Source: Balanoglossus misakiensis (lineage: Eukaryota; Animalia; Hemichordata). Taken from it: a stretch of 64,000 nt of DNA. Position numbers and translations under genes: made by a program. The stretch lies in the NCBI GenBank assembly GCA_040954595.2, contig CM082598.2, positions 1,054,001 through 1,118,000 of the forward strand, written 5' to 3'. Positions 63,181 through 64,000 of this stretch are shown piece by piece. Position 1 is the stretch's first letter; each line of letters opens with the position of its first letter. The notes beneath the pieces were generated by a model. That model was not told the DNA's origin, did no database searches, and saw only the letters and a list, made by a program, of their open reading frames with translations.

Positions 63181-64000
63181 CTTCAAAGTTCACAAACTCT
63201 CAACACTGTGTCGATCTGGATATACTGACCTGAAATTACAATCAAATATTCCATGCTTAATGTTGAAACTGGACATTGCATCCAGGAAAAGTTCTGCTGG
63301 CATTCTTAGTGAGACATAGACAGAATTGTTGTTTGTGAACGGATGGGGGCGCTCTTCGTGGCTGGCACACCCCAACATTAACACATTATGCTGTTCCATG
63401 ATCTATTAAAATCATTTGTAAATATTTCAGTACTTGGGAATTTCTCACACCTACACTCTACTGTTTTAAGAGAGAAGCAGAATAAATGAAAGTTGTATAA
63501 AGACTGATTTTTCTCGTGCTTCATTATGAATACCAATGGGGAATTTAAAAACATGAAAAAAGAGACCCTGGTAAAATGTACCAGCCAAGTGTCACCAGAT
63601 GAACAATGCAAGTTTGACACTCGTAGCCTGCAACCACAGAGAGTATAGGGCTTTGCCAGCTCTGCTCCCACGGTCTCCTTGAAAATCAATTATGAGCGTT
63701 TGAAAGGCGATTATGTTCACTATTGTCCAGCATTGTACTACCTATTGTATTATAGATCAATACAACAATCCGGGAGCCCTTTTCTATACCTGGCTACTGA
63801 GTAAACCACAGAAAATATGCTCATGTAATCTTCTTAGCTGTCTGGGGAGTGTTGCTATATAGGACTAAATATCCATTCCAGGTGAATACTCCTGACCTCT
63901 CACCCCTTTTGATATAACCAAATCCAACTTTATGATACAAAACAACCAGAATAATTCTGAATCCCACACCAGGGATACAATAGCAGTAATTCACTGGGCA

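Noticed and set aside
1-64000. tRNA, rRNA, autonomous transposase or reverse-transcriptase genes
   Set aside because: None recognised by eye; a covariance-model and repeat-library scan would be needed to exclude them.

Overview
AT-rich eukaryotic genomic DNA with many GT-AG introns. Gene content and repeat types suggest a marine invertebrate deuterostome (hemichordate- or echinoderm-like), but the species cannot be fixed from sequence alone. I reconstructed 12 protein-coding genes by hand, 11 of them spliced with phase-consistent junctions. In order: two head-to-head ARSB/ARSJ-like arylsulfatases (496 aa for the plus copy), a GAL3ST-type sulfotransferase, an intronless GLYAT-like GNAT acyltransferase, a WBP1/VOPP1-like membrane adaptor, a single-domain PMT/PEAMT-like methyltransferase, an orphan lipid-anchor/coiled-coil protein, a GPI-anchored Ly6/uPAR protein absent from the ORF track, an orphan secreted 14-Cys protein, an HNMT-like methyltransferase, a secreted protein with two unrecognised exon-encoded modules plus a VWD domain, and WASHC3. 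Several MITE families, a Crypton-like hairpin and a foldback-like minisatellite element are also present. Highlights: (1) the sulfatase pair has near-identical ~3.8-kb inverted arms but old, divergent 5' ends, suggesting gene conversion and a possible promoter-swapping inversion; (2) six small-molecule tailoring enzymes lie within ~55 kb, a candidate animal metabolic cluster (inference only); (3) a duplicated 93-aa exon-encoded module precedes a GDPH-type VWD domain.
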